This document shows, in pieces, positions 28,179 through 37,666 of a DNA stretch of 64,000 nucleotides. Origin of the DNA: Minisyncoccota bacterium (GTDB lineage: Bacteria > Patescibacteriota > Minisyncoccia > Phycocordibacterales > JAQTLZ01); NCBI GenBank assembly GCA_028714635.1, contig JAQTLZ010000001.1, positions 79,650-143,649 on the forward strand, written 5' to 3'. How positions within the stretch are numbered: position 1 is the first letter of the stretch; each line of letters begins with the position of its first letter. The notes beneath the pieces are model-generated. The model worked only from the letters and a program-made list of their open reading frames with translations, had not been told where the DNA came from and did not search any database. Both the position numbers and the translations under genes were made by a program.

Positions 28179-28478
28179 ATGGAACTACAGATTGGTGAAT
28201 GCTACATTTGTCCTGGGTGCTCTCAACCTTGGCTGTGCACTTCGGTGAATGTAGAGAAATGCCGTCTTGCTGGTCTTGCCCCCTCTGAAACTCCTAGGGG
28301 ACAAAAACGTTGCACATGTCTTCTTTGTATTGAAAAAGCCAAGAAGAGCAGCTCAAAGCATTTGGCGAAAAATATAGAGAGACGTCTTCAACATTTAAAC
28401 GGCTCAGCTTATCCTCCTTCTTTTAGGAGCAAGGTATCTTTAGCCGATGTTGTTGTGAGACGCCTTAAAAAGGATTAA
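28179..28478 (+). CDS. Hypothetical small Cys-rich protein (possible zinc ribbon)
   Basis: CYICPGC...C....CTCLLC. GGAGGTGGCG lies before ATG 28179. The ORF track starts 6 nt earlier at GTG. Confidence 0.35.
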   Translation: MELQIGECYICPGCSQPWLCTSVNVEKCRLAGLAPSETPRGQKRCTCLLCIEKAKKSSSKHLAKNIERRLQHLNGSAYPPSFRSKVSLADVVVRRLKKD

Positions 28479-28543
28479 CTACACTAAGAAAATTTGTGTA
28501 GTTTTTTATAATTTTTTTCATTGCTTCCGCGAGAAGAATTTTC

Positions 28544-29002
28544 CTAAAGAATAGCCTTCAATTCCTTCAGATCTTTTATTGTAAAAGTGGGAAGGCCGGT
28601 TTCTTCATTCGGCAATTCATTCTCGAATTTTCCTTTTTGGAGCCAGATCGTTGTTGCTCCGAATTTATTTCCCCATTGTATTCCTCGGAACATTCTGTCG
28701 TCGATAATCACTGTCTTTTCCGGCTTCATTTTGAATTGCTGTACCGTTTTTTCATATAAAGCATCTTTATTTTCGTCCGTAAAAGCAACATATTCAAAAT
28801 ATTTTTCCAAGTCCTTTTCTTTTACGATAGCTTTTCGTCTTTCGATATCTCCGTCTTTTTTAGCAAGAGAAACAATAGCCAGATGATATTTACTTTTCAA
28901 ATATTCAAGGATTTCAATAGCGTCGGGAAATAGATCAGCATTTTCTGCATCATAGAGAGTGCGTCCCCAGTCAAAAATAATCCATGATTTTTCTTCGGTC
29001 AT
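28544..29002 (-). CDS. HAD-superfamily-like hydrolase (small)
   Basis: IIFDWGRTL at the N-terminus and VIIDDRMFRGI resemble HAD motifs I and IV. Motif I is non-canonical (DWG rather than DxD). It overlaps the dnaE stop by 4 nt. Confidence 0.45.
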   Translation of the reverse strand: MTEEKSWIIFDWGRTLYDAENADLFPDAIEILEYLKSKYHLAIVSLAKKDGDIERRKAIVKEKDLEKYFEYVAFTDENKDALYEKTVQQFKMKPEKTVIIDDRMFRGIQWGNKFGATTIWLQKGKFENELPNEETGLPTFTIKDLKELKAIL

Positions 29003-32000
29003 AATTTCTTCACTGCTTCAGAGAGAAGCGAAAATTCTCCATTTCGCATTGAAACCTTGCCTTTAATCGCTATGCAGGCTTCGGGAAGAAGGAATGCTTT
29101 AAATTCTGCAAGGGTACGTGCGAAGACGACCACTTCCATCGTTCCGCTCATATCAGAGAGCTTGATAAATGCCATTTGATCGCCTTTTTTGGTCTGTATC
29201 GGTTTCACTTCTTCTACAATGCCGGAGACAACGGTCATCATGCCTTCTTTCATTGTTTCTTTTATTTTCTGAATGGAAATTTTTCCTGCAAGCTTTTCTT
29301 TGAAATTATCGAGCGGATGGCCAGACACATAGAGGCCGAGAAGCTCTTTTTCCCACGCGAGCTTGTCTTTTTGTTCCGCAGGAGGCATTGATTTCAACGT
29401 GAGATTTTCGTGCTCGCCCGCGATTCCACCGAAAAGGGAATCCTGATTTTTGATCTTATTTTTCTCTTTGTTATAAGTAAGGATATCTTCAAGATTTCCG
29501 AGCATTGTTCCTCTTTCGCCAAGTTCGTCCATCGCTCCGCATTTGATGAGCGCTTCGAGTGATTTTTTATTTAAATTTTTATCCTTTATACGATCGAGGA
29601 AATCGACGAGGGATTTGAATTGTCCGTTCGTTTTTCTTTCTTCGATGATTACTTTCGCGATGCCTTCTCCAAAGTTCTTAATCGTGTTGAGCCCGAACCG
29701 AATCTTATCTTTTCCAATCGTGCCATTTTGGCGAACTTCTGCGTCGGAAGCTCCGCCCGCTCCACGCGCAGTAGTATTAACTACAGCTTGGTCGCGGTGC
29801 TCACTCCCTTCTTGAATTTCATCCAAAATAACACGATTGGTTTCCTCTTCTTTCTTAACAACAGTAAAATCCTGGAAACTTTCGTTGATAGAAGGTGGAA
29901 GCACGGGAATTCCCATGCGCTTGCATTCCGCGATGAACTCGGCGATTTTCTCCACATCTCCGGCGTCGGCTGTGAGCACTGCCGCCATGTAGATAGCAGG
30001 GAAATTCGCTTTCATATATGCGGTCTGGTATGCGACACGTCCATAGCTCGCAGCGTGGGCTTTGTTGAATCCGTATGCAGCGAAAGGCTCGATAAGTTTC
30101 CAAAGCTCTTCCGCTTTTTCTTTACTCATGCCATTTTTGACAAAAGCAGATTGAAGTTTCTCTTTCTGCGCCTCCATTTCAGCTGGAATTTTCTTTCCCA
30201 TGGCTTTTCGAAGCTTGTCCGCTTCAAGCCATGAATAACCTCCGATTTTTACGGCAATGAGAAGCACGTCGTCCTGGTAGGTGATCACTCCGTAACTTTG
30301 GTCGAGGATATCTTTCATTCGCGGATCAAGATAGCGGATGAGAAGGGGATTATGCTTGCGCTCGATATACCGAGGGATTGATTCAAGCGGTCCTGGGCGA
30401 TACAGCGCCACCATTGCGTTTATATCAAGAATTGTCGAGGGGCGAAGGTCTTTCAAAAATTTCGTAAGGCCTGAACCATTCAATTGGAAAAGCCCGATCG
30501 TTTCTCCGCGTGCTAACATTTCAAATGTTTTCTTGTCATTGAGCGGAACATGCTCAATATCGATTTTCTGGCCGAGAATTTTCTCTACGAGATCAACCGA
30601 ACTCGCAAGAATAGAAAGATTTTTGATTCCGAGAAAGTCGAATTTCAGAAGTCCGACGCCATCTTCTCCGACGCTGTACATATCGTATTGAGTGATGATT
30701 TTCCCTTCGCCTTTGGGATCAAACTGAAGCGGGGTGTAATCGGTAAGGGGAGTTGGAGCGATAACCACACCTGCGGCATGGACTCCAACGTGCCGAGCAC
30801 AACCCTCGATTTTTTTTGCCATATCGATGATGGTTTTTGCATCGGCCTCTTTGTCGTATGTTTCTTTGAGTTCCGGAACGTCTTCGAGTGCCCTGTCTAT
30901 CGTCATAGGAAATCCTTGTGCGCCCATCGGAATAAGTTTTGCCAGCCGATCACCTTCGGAATATGCAAAGCCAAGCGCTCGGGCAACGTCGCGGACAGAG
31001 CCTCGAGCCATCATCGTTCCGAATGTTCCGATCTGGGCGACATGTTCCTCTCCGTATTTTTTGCGGGCGTAAGCAATCACTTCGTCTCGGCGGTTATCGG
31101 CGTAATCCATATCGATATCGGGAGCGGAAGGGCGTTCGGGGTTTAAAAATCGTTCGAACGGAATTTTATATTCAAGCGGATTTACATTCGTAATTCCTGC
31201 GAGGTAGGTGACAAGCGAGCCCGCGACCGAACCTCGAATGGTGGTCAAAATTTTATTTTCATGGGCAAAACGCAAAAGGTCTCCCACGACGAGGAAATAT
31301 TTTGAGTATCCTTTGTTTTTGATGACCTCAAGCTCGTATTCGTATCGTTTTTTCACTTCTTCCGTTGCCTCCATTTTTCGCGTCTTGAGGCCTTCAATTA
31401 CAAGATGCCGTAATTCTTCATCCGGTGTCCGTCCGCTCTCAATTTTCATATCTGGAAAATACCAAGTACCAAGCGTCAATTCCAAATTGCATTTTTCGGC
31501 AACTTTAATCGTATTTTCGACAGCTTCAGGAAAATCTTTGAAAAATTCTTCCGCCAGTGATTCTTTGATAAAAGAAAGGTCGGGTTCGTCGTCTCCAAAC
31601 GCATTTCGTTCTCCTACTTCGCCATTATTTTGTATCGAGAGAAGCGTATTTCGTGCTTTTCTGTCATTCAGTGAAAGATAATAGACATCGTTCGTAGCGA
31701 CAACGGGGATTTTTTCTGCTTTTCCAAATTCAACAATTTCTTTCACGAGTGCTTCATGCCCTTCAATTTCCGGATGATGGGTAATTTCAAGATAGAGATC
31801 ACGGTCGAAAATTTCCTGATACCAGTGAGCAATTTCTTTCGCTTTCTCCGTATCGTGGATTTTTAACGCTCCCGAAAGTTCTCCATTAAAAGCGGGCATA
31901 ATGCAGACGAGACCATTATGATTTTGCTTAAGAAGCTCTCTATCAATGCGAGGCCGGTAATAAAAGCCCTCAATGTTTGCGCGAGTGACAAGCTGTATCA

Positions 32001-32304
32001 AATTTTTATATCCCGTTTCGCTTTTTGCCAAAAGGACGAGCCGAGTGCGTCTGTTGTCCACTCCAGCTTGCTTGTCTTGTCGGGTACGAAGCGCGACGTA
32101 TGCATCAACGCCAATGATGGGTTTTATCCCAGCTTTTTTGCAGGCTTGATAGAATTCGATGGCACCGTAGAGATTTCCATTATCGGTAAGAGCAAGAGCG
32201 TTCATCCCGGCATCTTTTGCAGCTGAAACAAGCTCTGGGATTTTGGGCAGGGCCTGCAATAAGCTGTAATGTGAATGTGTATGTAAGTGGATAAATTTAG
32301 ACAT
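28999..32304 (-). CDS. dnaE: DNA polymerase III alpha subunit
   Basis: MSKFIHLHTHSHYSLLQALPKI (PHP domain). Palm/fingers GSVAGSLVTYLAGIT...PDIDMDY. OB fold at the C-terminus. The start is trimmed to ATG rc 32302-32304. Confidence 0.9.
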   Translation of the reverse strand: MSKFIHLHTHSHYSLLQALPKIPELVSAAKDAGMNALALTDNGNLYGAIEFYQACKKAGIKPIIGVDAYVALRTRQDKQAGVDNRRTRLVLLAKSETGYKNLIQLVTRANIEGFYYRPRIDRELLKQNHNGLVCIMPAFNGELSGALKIHDTEKAKEIAHWYQEIFDRDLYLEITHHPEIEGHEALVKEIVEFGKAEKIPVVATNDVYYLSLNDRKARNTLLSIQNNGEVGERNAFGDDEPDLSFIKESLAEEFFKDFPEAVENTIKVAEKCNLELTLGTWYFPDMKIESGRTPDEELRHLVIEGLKTRKMEATEEVKKRYEYELEVIKNKGYSKYFLVVGDLLRFAHENKILTTIRGSVAGSLVTYLAGITNVNPLEYKIPFERFLNPERPSAPDIDMDYADNRRDEVIAYARKKYGEEHVAQIGTFGTMMARGSVRDVARALGFAYSEGDRLAKLIPMGAQGFPMTIDRALEDVPELKETYDKEADAKTIIDMAKKIEGCARHVGVHAAGVVIAPTPLTDYTPLQFDPKGEGKIITQYDMYSVGEDGVGLLKFDFLGIKNLSILASSVDLVEKILGQKIDIEHVPLNDKKTFEMLARGETIGLFQLNGSGLTKFLKDLRPSTILDINAMVALYRPGPLESIPRYIERKHNPLLIRYLDPRMKDILDQSYGVITYQDDVLLIAVKIGGYSWLEADKLRKAMGKKIPAEMEAQKEKLQSAFVKNGMSKEKAEELWKLIEPFAAYGFNKAHAASYGRVAYQTAYMKANFPAIYMAAVLTADAGDVEKIAEFIAECKRMGIPVLPPSINESFQDFTVVKKEEETNRVILDEIQEGSEHRDQAVVNTTARGAGGASDAEVRQNGTIGKDKIRFGLNTIKNFGEGIAKVIIEERKTNGQFKSLVDFLDRIKDKNLNKKSLEALIKCGAMDELGERGTMLGNLEDILTYNKEKNKIKNQDSLFGGIAGEHENLTLKSMPPAEQKDKLAWEKELLGLYVSGHPLDNFKEKLAGKISIQKIKETMKEGMMTVVSGIVEEVKPIQTKKGDQMAFIKLSDMSGTMEVVVFARTLAEFKAFLLPEACIAIKGKVSMRNGEFSLLSEAVKKL

Positions 32305-32447
32305 TTTGTATGGAGGCTTGCCCCGTAGCCATCTCTGATGTGCTACCGGGGTGGACGAATTTCGAGGGCATTGTGGATGTAGTATAACAAAAAATTGACC
32401 CACCAGAGGCGGGTCAAATACAGTCGAAGAGGTTCTCTTGAACCACG

Positions 32448-32765
32448 TTATTCGTGACGTTCTCGTATTTCGTCACAGAAAAGTTCCAACAGGAATCGCT
32501 CCATGGAGATTTCTGTTGGGCGGGCACTTGTAAGCAACTCTTCCAGTGACATCCCCAAGACCTCCGCGGACTTGATGATGAATCTCCAACTGGCGATTTC
32601 CAAGTTTTCTTCGCCTTTCTCGATTTCCTCGAGGAGATCCGCGTCTATCCTATCCACCTTCACTCGGCGAACGAATTCTTCCCGAGGTATGCCGCACTCT
32701 TCTCTTTTCCTCCCGATTGCTGCTCCAATCGCAAATCTCGGATTGATGCACCTCTTTGCGCTCAT
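32448..32765 (-). CDS. XRE-family helix-turn-helix transcriptional regulator (GC-rich, strong SD)
   Basis: FAIGAAIGRKREECGIPREEFVRRVKVDRIDADLLEEIEKGEENLEIASWRFIIKSAEVLGMSLEELL has the Cro/C1-type HTH pattern. GGGGAGGATAC lies before the ATG. About 50% GC. Confidence 0.55.
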   Translation of the reverse strand: MSAKRCINPRFAIGAAIGRKREECGIPREEFVRRVKVDRIDADLLEEIEKGEENLEIASWRFIIKSAEVLGMSLEELLTSARPTEISMERFLLELFCDEIRERHE

Positions 32766-32882
32766 GGTATCCTCCCCGTGGTTTGTTGTGCTTTTTCCTC
32801 GCATAAAGATAGCATCCGGTACTCGTTCGTCAATTGTGGGCAAGAAAAAACGACCAGCCAGTAAAGGCGGGTCGTGAACGAA

Positions 32883-33347
32883 CTATATTCGAAATCTGGG
32901 GAACTTATCGGTGGGGAGGGGAAGGCTACAAGAGACTTCTCCTCCGATCATATCCTTTCCGAGTTCCTGCGCAATTTCTTTCAAGGATTGATTGGTCGCA
33001 TCATCTTGATCAAGAAAGAGAAGATATGCCCAGAGGCCTCGGCAGATTTTTTCTTCTGCATGTCTTTCGAAAATGAAGATGATGTCGTCCTCTTCCGATC
33101 TCTCTTTTAGGCAAAACCAGAACCTCTTTCCTTCGAGCTTGCCTATTACTACCCAAGCGCGGGCACGGCGCCCCTTTTCAGTCTTAAATGCTCCGGCCAA
33201 TTCCCCTGTCTTATGATCCAGGTTGATTCTCGCATTCCATTTTCCTCCCAATCGATTGGGAGGGCTAACATCAAAAGTTCCGCTCAAAAACACCTGTCCT
33301 TTTGCGTCCTTTCGCAGATTGACCCACGGCGCCGTTCTCTCTTCCAT
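32883..33347 (-). CDS. Hypothetical protein (GC-rich, strong SD), upstream partner of the XRE regulator
   Basis: 154 aa with no motif. GGGAGGAATCGCAC lies before the ATG. Confidence 0.45.
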   Translation of the reverse strand: MEERTAPWVNLRKDAKGQVFLSGTFDVSPPNRLGGKWNARINLDHKTGELAGAFKTEKGRRARAWVVIGKLEGKRFWFCLKERSEEDDIIFIFERHAEEKICRGLWAYLLFLDQDDATNQSLKEIAQELGKDMIGGEVSCSLPLPTDKFPRFRI

Positions 33348-33442
33348 GTGCGATTCCTCCCAATGGTTGTCTCGAATGATGTCAAATCTCTTTATAATTT
33401 ATCACATATTCAAAACGCGAAAAAACGTGGTAAGATTTTTAA

Positions 33443-34069
33443 ATGGTCGTCAAGTATAGTATTGGAATTGATGAGGTGGGACGGGGGCCTTTGGCGGGGC
33501 CGGTAACTTTGTGCGCAGTTATGGTGGAGAAGGGGGCAGCGAAAAATTTCTCGGAAATTTTTCGCGGGGTCCGGGATTCAAAACAGCTTACCGAAAAGGT
33601 GCGTGAAAAGTGGTCAAAAATCGCAAAATCAGAAAAAGAAAAAGGTGCCATCCAATTTTCGATTTCATCAGTTCAAAATTTTACGATAGACAAAATTGGA
33701 CTCGCGCGCGCCGTACGGCGCGCGCTCAAAAACTGCTTGAAAAAACTCGAAGTAATTCCGAGCGAATGCGAAATTTTTTTAGACGGCTCGCTTTACGCTC
33801 CCAAAGAATTTAAAAATCAGAAAACAATTATCGGAGGCGATTCGAAAGTAAAAATCATTTCTCTTGCATCTGTTATCGCTAAAGTTCATCGCGATAGAAA
33901 AATGGCTCGACTTTCAAAAAAATATCCCGGTTACGGCTTTGAAATCCACAAAGGCTATGGCACCAAACTTCACTATAAAAGTCTTAAAAAATGGGGCGTT
34001 TCGGAGATTCATCGCAAGAGTTTTCTCCACTCCTTACCCACAGCATCCCCACAAGTTATCCACAGCTAA
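33443..34069 (+). CDS. rnhB: Ribonuclease HII
   Basis: IGIDEVGRGPLAGPV is the RNase HII DEDD N-terminal signature. Confidence 0.9.
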   Translation: MVVKYSIGIDEVGRGPLAGPVTLCAVMVEKGAAKNFSEIFRGVRDSKQLTEKVREKWSKIAKSEKEKGAIQFSISSVQNFTIDKIGLARAVRRALKNCLKKLEVIPSECEIFLDGSLYAPKEFKNQKTIIGGDSKVKIISLASVIAKVHRDRKMARLSKKYPGYGFEIHKGYGTKLHYKSLKKWGVSEIHRKSFLHSLPTASPQVIHS

Positions 34070-34158
34070 CTGTGGAAAAGAGAGTAAAATAGATATCAGC
34101 AACATTGTGCAGTTAAATTGGAGTTTTTCCATTCACACTCTCGAAGGAGGGAACGGCC

Positions 34159-34374
34159 ATGACAAGCTCGATTCTCAATCCACAAGTGGGTGATGTGGAT
34201 CCAAAAGTAGGGAAATCAGATTGGGATTTCGGTGGAACATCGGAACGGCCTGCAGCTGTTGAGCTGCTTCAGATTCTTGGAAGGATGAGTAGCGTTGATC
34301 GCTCCGAATTCTTCTCAAAGAGGGCTGCAAAGCTGTTTCGTCATCGTTTCGATGTCCCGTCCGCTTGCAAATAG
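34159..34374 (+). CDS. Hypothetical small protein (strong SD)
   Basis: 71 aa. AAGGAGGGAACGGCC lies before the ATG. A CCCUCC...GGGGGG stem followed by a U7 run lies downstream (34395-34430). Confidence 0.4.
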   Translation: MTSSILNPQVGDVDPKVGKSDWDFGGTSERPAAVELLQILGRMSSVDRSEFFSKRAAKLFRHRFDVPSACK

Positions 34375-34471
34375 CTCCATTCAACTCCGTTCGCATTGTG
34401 CTCCCTCCTTTCTCACCGGGGGGACACTTTTTTTGAATTTTTCCGCTCTTGCGGATTTTTTGGTTTTACTC

Positions 34472-34480
34472 TGGTATAAT
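34472..34480 (+). promoter_or_regulatory. Extended -10 promoter TGgTATAAT
   Basis: ctggtataatt lies about 75 nt upstream of ATG 34553. Confidence 0.45.
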
Positions 34481-34552
34481 TAAAAGGGTAAGTTCCTTGT
34501 GAACAGGGAACAGGTCTCGTGGGCGCGAATGCGCAGAAAGGAGGATAGTGTC

Positions 34553-35008
34553 ATGGCTTTTGAGCAACAGCTAGTTGAGGCCACTCTTGCCGGTCTCAAA
34601 GGCGGGATGCTTCATTGGCAAACGCTGGGCTACTCCGAAGTCAGGGGTATAATCAAGAACTTGTCTCTCAGCGCAGGAGTAATTCAGGTGGATTTGTTGG
34701 AGGATCCTTTGACGGTTATACACGTCAAGGATAGGTTGGAGAGGCCGCTTTGCGGGGGTGAGCTCTCGCTTTGCAGAATTGTCACTAGTGAACCAACTTG
34801 CACAGGGGAGGAGAAAAATGGAGTGTTCAAGTTTGAGTGGCAGGATGAAGATCGGCGGTTTGTTGTCACACTCACTCCGCCGGAGAAGCCCAAGGACGAG
34901 AAGAAAGGTGAAAAGAAAGAGGGGGTTGCGACAGCGGCGAGCAAGCCCGCCTCCGAAAGTCCTTCTCAGCCATTTCGTTCTCCGCAGAGACCAAAGTCCC
35001 GCGCGTAA
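34553..35008 (+). CDS. Hypothetical protein (GC-rich, strong SD)
   Basis: 151 aa. AAAGGAGGATAGTGTC lies before the ATG. About 52% GC. Lys/Glu/Pro-rich C-terminal tail. The ORF-track start at 34499 is an extension. Confidence 0.45.
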   Translation: MAFEQQLVEATLAGLKGGMLHWQTLGYSEVRGIIKNLSLSAGVIQVDLLEDPLTVIHVKDRLERPLCGGELSLCRIVTSEPTCTGEEKNGVFKFEWQDEDRRFVVTLTPPEKPKDEKKGEKKEGVATAASKPASESPSQPFRSPQRPKSRA

Positions 35009-35107
35009 AGTGTCCTAAAAGCCCTCCCTCAACAAGATTGTTCGGGAGGGCTTCACGCATCTCTTAAGTGTTGTGTTTTTCTGTAAATTGAGTATACTGT
35101 TCGGAAT

Positions 35108-35329
35108 ATGGTAGTACGAATGCGACATACACGTGCTCATACAGGAAACAGGCGCTCACATCATGCGCTCGTTTCGATGCGTGTATCGAAGTGCCCAGAT
35201 TGCGGCGCAATGCGTATGAATCACACCATGTGCACCAATTGCGGCAAATATAAAGGCCGGGTGGTTATCGATGTTTTGGCAAAAATTGCCAAGAAAGAAA
35301 AGAAAGCAAAAACTGCCGCTAAAAGATAG
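35108..35329 (+). CDS. rpmF: Ribosomal protein bL32
   Basis: RHTRAHTGNRRSHHAL...C.DCG..R..H..C..CGKYKGR is L32 with its zinc ribbon. Confidence 0.85.
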   Translation: MVVRMRHTRAHTGNRRSHHALVSMRVSKCPDCGAMRMNHTMCTNCGKYKGRVVIDVLAKIAKKEKKAKTAAKR

Positions 35330-35397
35330 TTTTTCGAGGTAGTTTTTGAGTTTTGTTTCGTGTTTTGAGGGAGAAGTTCTTAGCTAATAAGCTATAA

Positions 35398-36300
35398 ATG
35401 GCCAATAGGCACCTTTCCAGAAGTATAGTGATGCAGTCCATGTTTGAAATGGATTTCAGAGGACTTCCTGCCTCTGATGCATCTGCCGTGCTCGAAAGAA
35501 ATGCCGAAGAGTTTGCCCCTGGGATGGGAGATTTTTCATTTATGAAATCTCTCACTCAGCATATTCTCGAAAAGAAAAAAGATATTGACGCGATTATTGA
35601 AAAAGCGGCGCCGGACTGGCCGATAGATAAAATTTCAATCGTAGATAGAAATATTCTCCGCATCGGACTTTACGAACTTCTTTTTTCAGATCGCGGAGAA
35701 GTGCCGGCAAAAGTTGCTATCAATGAATCGATCGAGCTTGCAAAAACATTCGGCGGAGAGACATCGGGCAAATTTGTAAACGGAGTCTTGGGCGCAGTTT
35801 ATAAAGAACTTGGTGAGCCGGGTAAAGACGAAACGTCAAAGAAGAAAAAAGACGAGGTGCCGGATGACAAAGCGCCCATTGAAAAGCTTGGCGGAGCAGT
35901 CGTCTATATGAAAAAGGGGAACCAGATGTATCTCGCTTTTGTCCACGATATTTTCAAACACTGGACGCTTTCGAAAGGTAAACTTGAATCGGGTGAGGAC
36001 GATGAAAAAGCAACTTGTCGAGAGATAAAAGAAGAAATGGGAGTCGATATTGATATCAAACAAAAACTTGGCGAGAATTCCTACATTACCTACAACAAAG
36101 AAAAGAAAAAGATTAGAAAATCAGTTGTTTATTTTCTCGCAGAATGCACTTCTCCGTTTGAAACTTTGAAATTGCAGAAACTTGGCGGGTTGGATGATGC
36201 AAAATGGTTTCCTCTTGAAAAAATCGGCGAGCTCACGCTCTACGATGATCTCGTTCCTATTATCACCAAAGCAGTGAATATCTTATTGAAGGCAAAATAA
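35398..36300 (+). CDS. NusB-like antitermination domain fused to a C-terminal NUDIX hydrolase domain
   Basis: N-terminus [19 protein letters not shown]...[10 protein letters not shown] is a NusB/RsmB-N pattern. C-terminus [23 protein letters not shown] fits the Nudix box Gx5Ex7REUxEExGU exactly. Confidence 0.7.
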   Translation: MANRHLSRSIVMQSMFEMDFRGLPASDASAVLERNAEEFAPGMGDFSFMKSLTQHILEKKKDIDAIIEKAAPDWPIDKISIVDRNILRIGLYELLFSDRGEVPAKVAINESIELAKTFGGETSGKFVNGVLGAVYKELGEPGKDETSKKKKDEVPDDKAPIEKLGGAVVYMKKGNQMYLAFVHDIFKHWTLSKGKLESGEDDEKATCREIKEEMGVDIDIKQKLGENSYITYNKEKKKIRKSVVYFLAECTSPFETLKLQKLGGLDDAKWFPLEKIGELTLYDDLVPIITKAVNILLKAK

Positions 36301-36304
36301 TTCT

Positions 36305-36991
36305 ATGGATTTAGGCGTTTTTGAAAAAAAAATTGGAGTAACATTTCAAAACAAAGAGCTTCTCAAACAAGCTTTTATTCATCGTTCCTATTTGAATGAA
36401 AATCGCTCTCTTAAAATGGCTCACAACGAACGACTGGAATTTTTGGGTGACGCAGTGCTTGAGCTTATCGTGACCGAATATCTTTATCACAAATATCCCG
36501 ACAATCAAGAAGGCGATCTTACTTCCTATCGAGCATCTCTTGTGAACGCAGTGACGCTTTCTGGCGTTGCAGAGTCCCTAGGTTTCAACGATTATCTTCT
36601 TCTTTCGAAAGGCGAAGCGAGAGATACCGGCCGAGCGCGACAATCAATCTTGGCAGATACCATGGAATCTGTGATCGGAGCAATTTATATTGACCAAGGA
36701 TACGAAGTAGCAAAACAATTTATCTCAGAAAATATTTTCGGTCTCATTGATTCGATTGTCGCGCAAGGTGCCTGGATCGATGCAAAAAGCCGTTTTCAGG
36801 AATTGGCACAAGAAAAAACAGGAGTCACGCCTGCGTATAAAACCATCCGAGAATCAGGACCAGATCACGATAAACATTTTCTCATCGGTGTCTATCTCAA
36901 TGAAGCATGCCTCGCTGAAGGAGAGGGGAAGTCAAAGCAAGAAGCTGAGCAAAAAGCGGCTGAAGGAGCACTCAAGACCAGCGGATGGTAA
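36305..36991 (+). CDS. rnc: Ribonuclease III
   Basis: ERLEFLGDAVLELIVTEYLY is the RNase III signature. dsRBD at the C-terminus. Confidence 0.9.
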   Translation: MDLGVFEKKIGVTFQNKELLKQAFIHRSYLNENRSLKMAHNERLEFLGDAVLELIVTEYLYHKYPDNQEGDLTSYRASLVNAVTLSGVAESLGFNDYLLLSKGEARDTGRARQSILADTMESVIGAIYIDQGYEVAKQFISENIFGLIDSIVAQGAWIDAKSRFQELAQEKTGVTPAYKTIRESGPDHDKHFLIGVYLNEACLAEGEGKSKQEAEQKAAEGALKTSGW

Positions 36992-37108
36992 GGTAGAGTT
37001 GAAGTAACCTTCAACTCGACACTTATCCAGCGACCTTCTTCAGAAGGGAGTCGGATAAAATAAAAATGACCGAGTCGCGCGCGAGCACGAAACGGTCAAT
37101 GTGAATCC

Positions 37109-37534
37109 TCAAAGCGGTTGAAAATATGCCGCGTTGACGTAAGAGGAATTCTCGCCGGAGTCGCGGAAATCCTTCCCGTCTTTGTTTGCGATGAGGAAAC
37201 ATTGCTCTCTTCCTTTTCCAGTCGCAAATAAGACTTTGTACGGAGGCGGTCCAATCTCGGCGAGAATCGCCGACTGCACAGGCTCGACTGTCCTCTCCAT
37301 TATTCTTGAGATGGAAGCGAGCTCCGGGCTCCAATCCACCAACCTGACGACAACTTCTCCGGGCGATTCCTCTTCCGGCGGTACAATTCGAAGAAGAGGT
37401 TGCTCGTGTTTCTGACTTTGAGCTTTTTGAGTTAAGCCGATGCCGACGGCTTTCCTCTGACCTTTTCCGCGAACGCGCTTTTCTTTAGCCACTCCTTTTT
37501 TAGAGGAGCAGCTCCGATCCGTGACTGTACTCAT
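37109..37534 (-). CDS. Hypothetical basic protein (GC-rich) preceded by a G10 tract
   Basis: 141 aa with a Lys/Arg-rich N-terminus. On the minus strand the start region reads GGGGGGGGGGAACAATG. About 52% GC. Confidence 0.45.
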   Translation of the reverse strand: MSTVTDRSCSSKKGVAKEKRVRGKGQRKAVGIGLTQKAQSQKHEQPLLRIVPPEEESPGEVVVRLVDWSPELASISRIMERTVEPVQSAILAEIGPPPYKVLFATGKGREQCFLIANKDGKDFRDSGENSSYVNAAYFQPL

Positions 37535-37538
37535 TGTT

Positions 37539-37548
37539 CCCCCCCCCC
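37539..37548. repeat. Homopolymeric C10 (G10 on the coding strand) tract 4 nt upstream of a start codon
   Basis: Counted directly: ten consecutive C at 37539-37548. Confidence 0.9.
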
Positions 37549-37666
37549 TTGTAACCCAAGAACTCCAATTTCCCGTCTATCATTAGATACTTTTTTCTGT
37601 TTTTGTCAATCTACTCTCGGTATAACTTGTTTTGAAACACAGTAAAAAAATGCTACATTTATAGCC

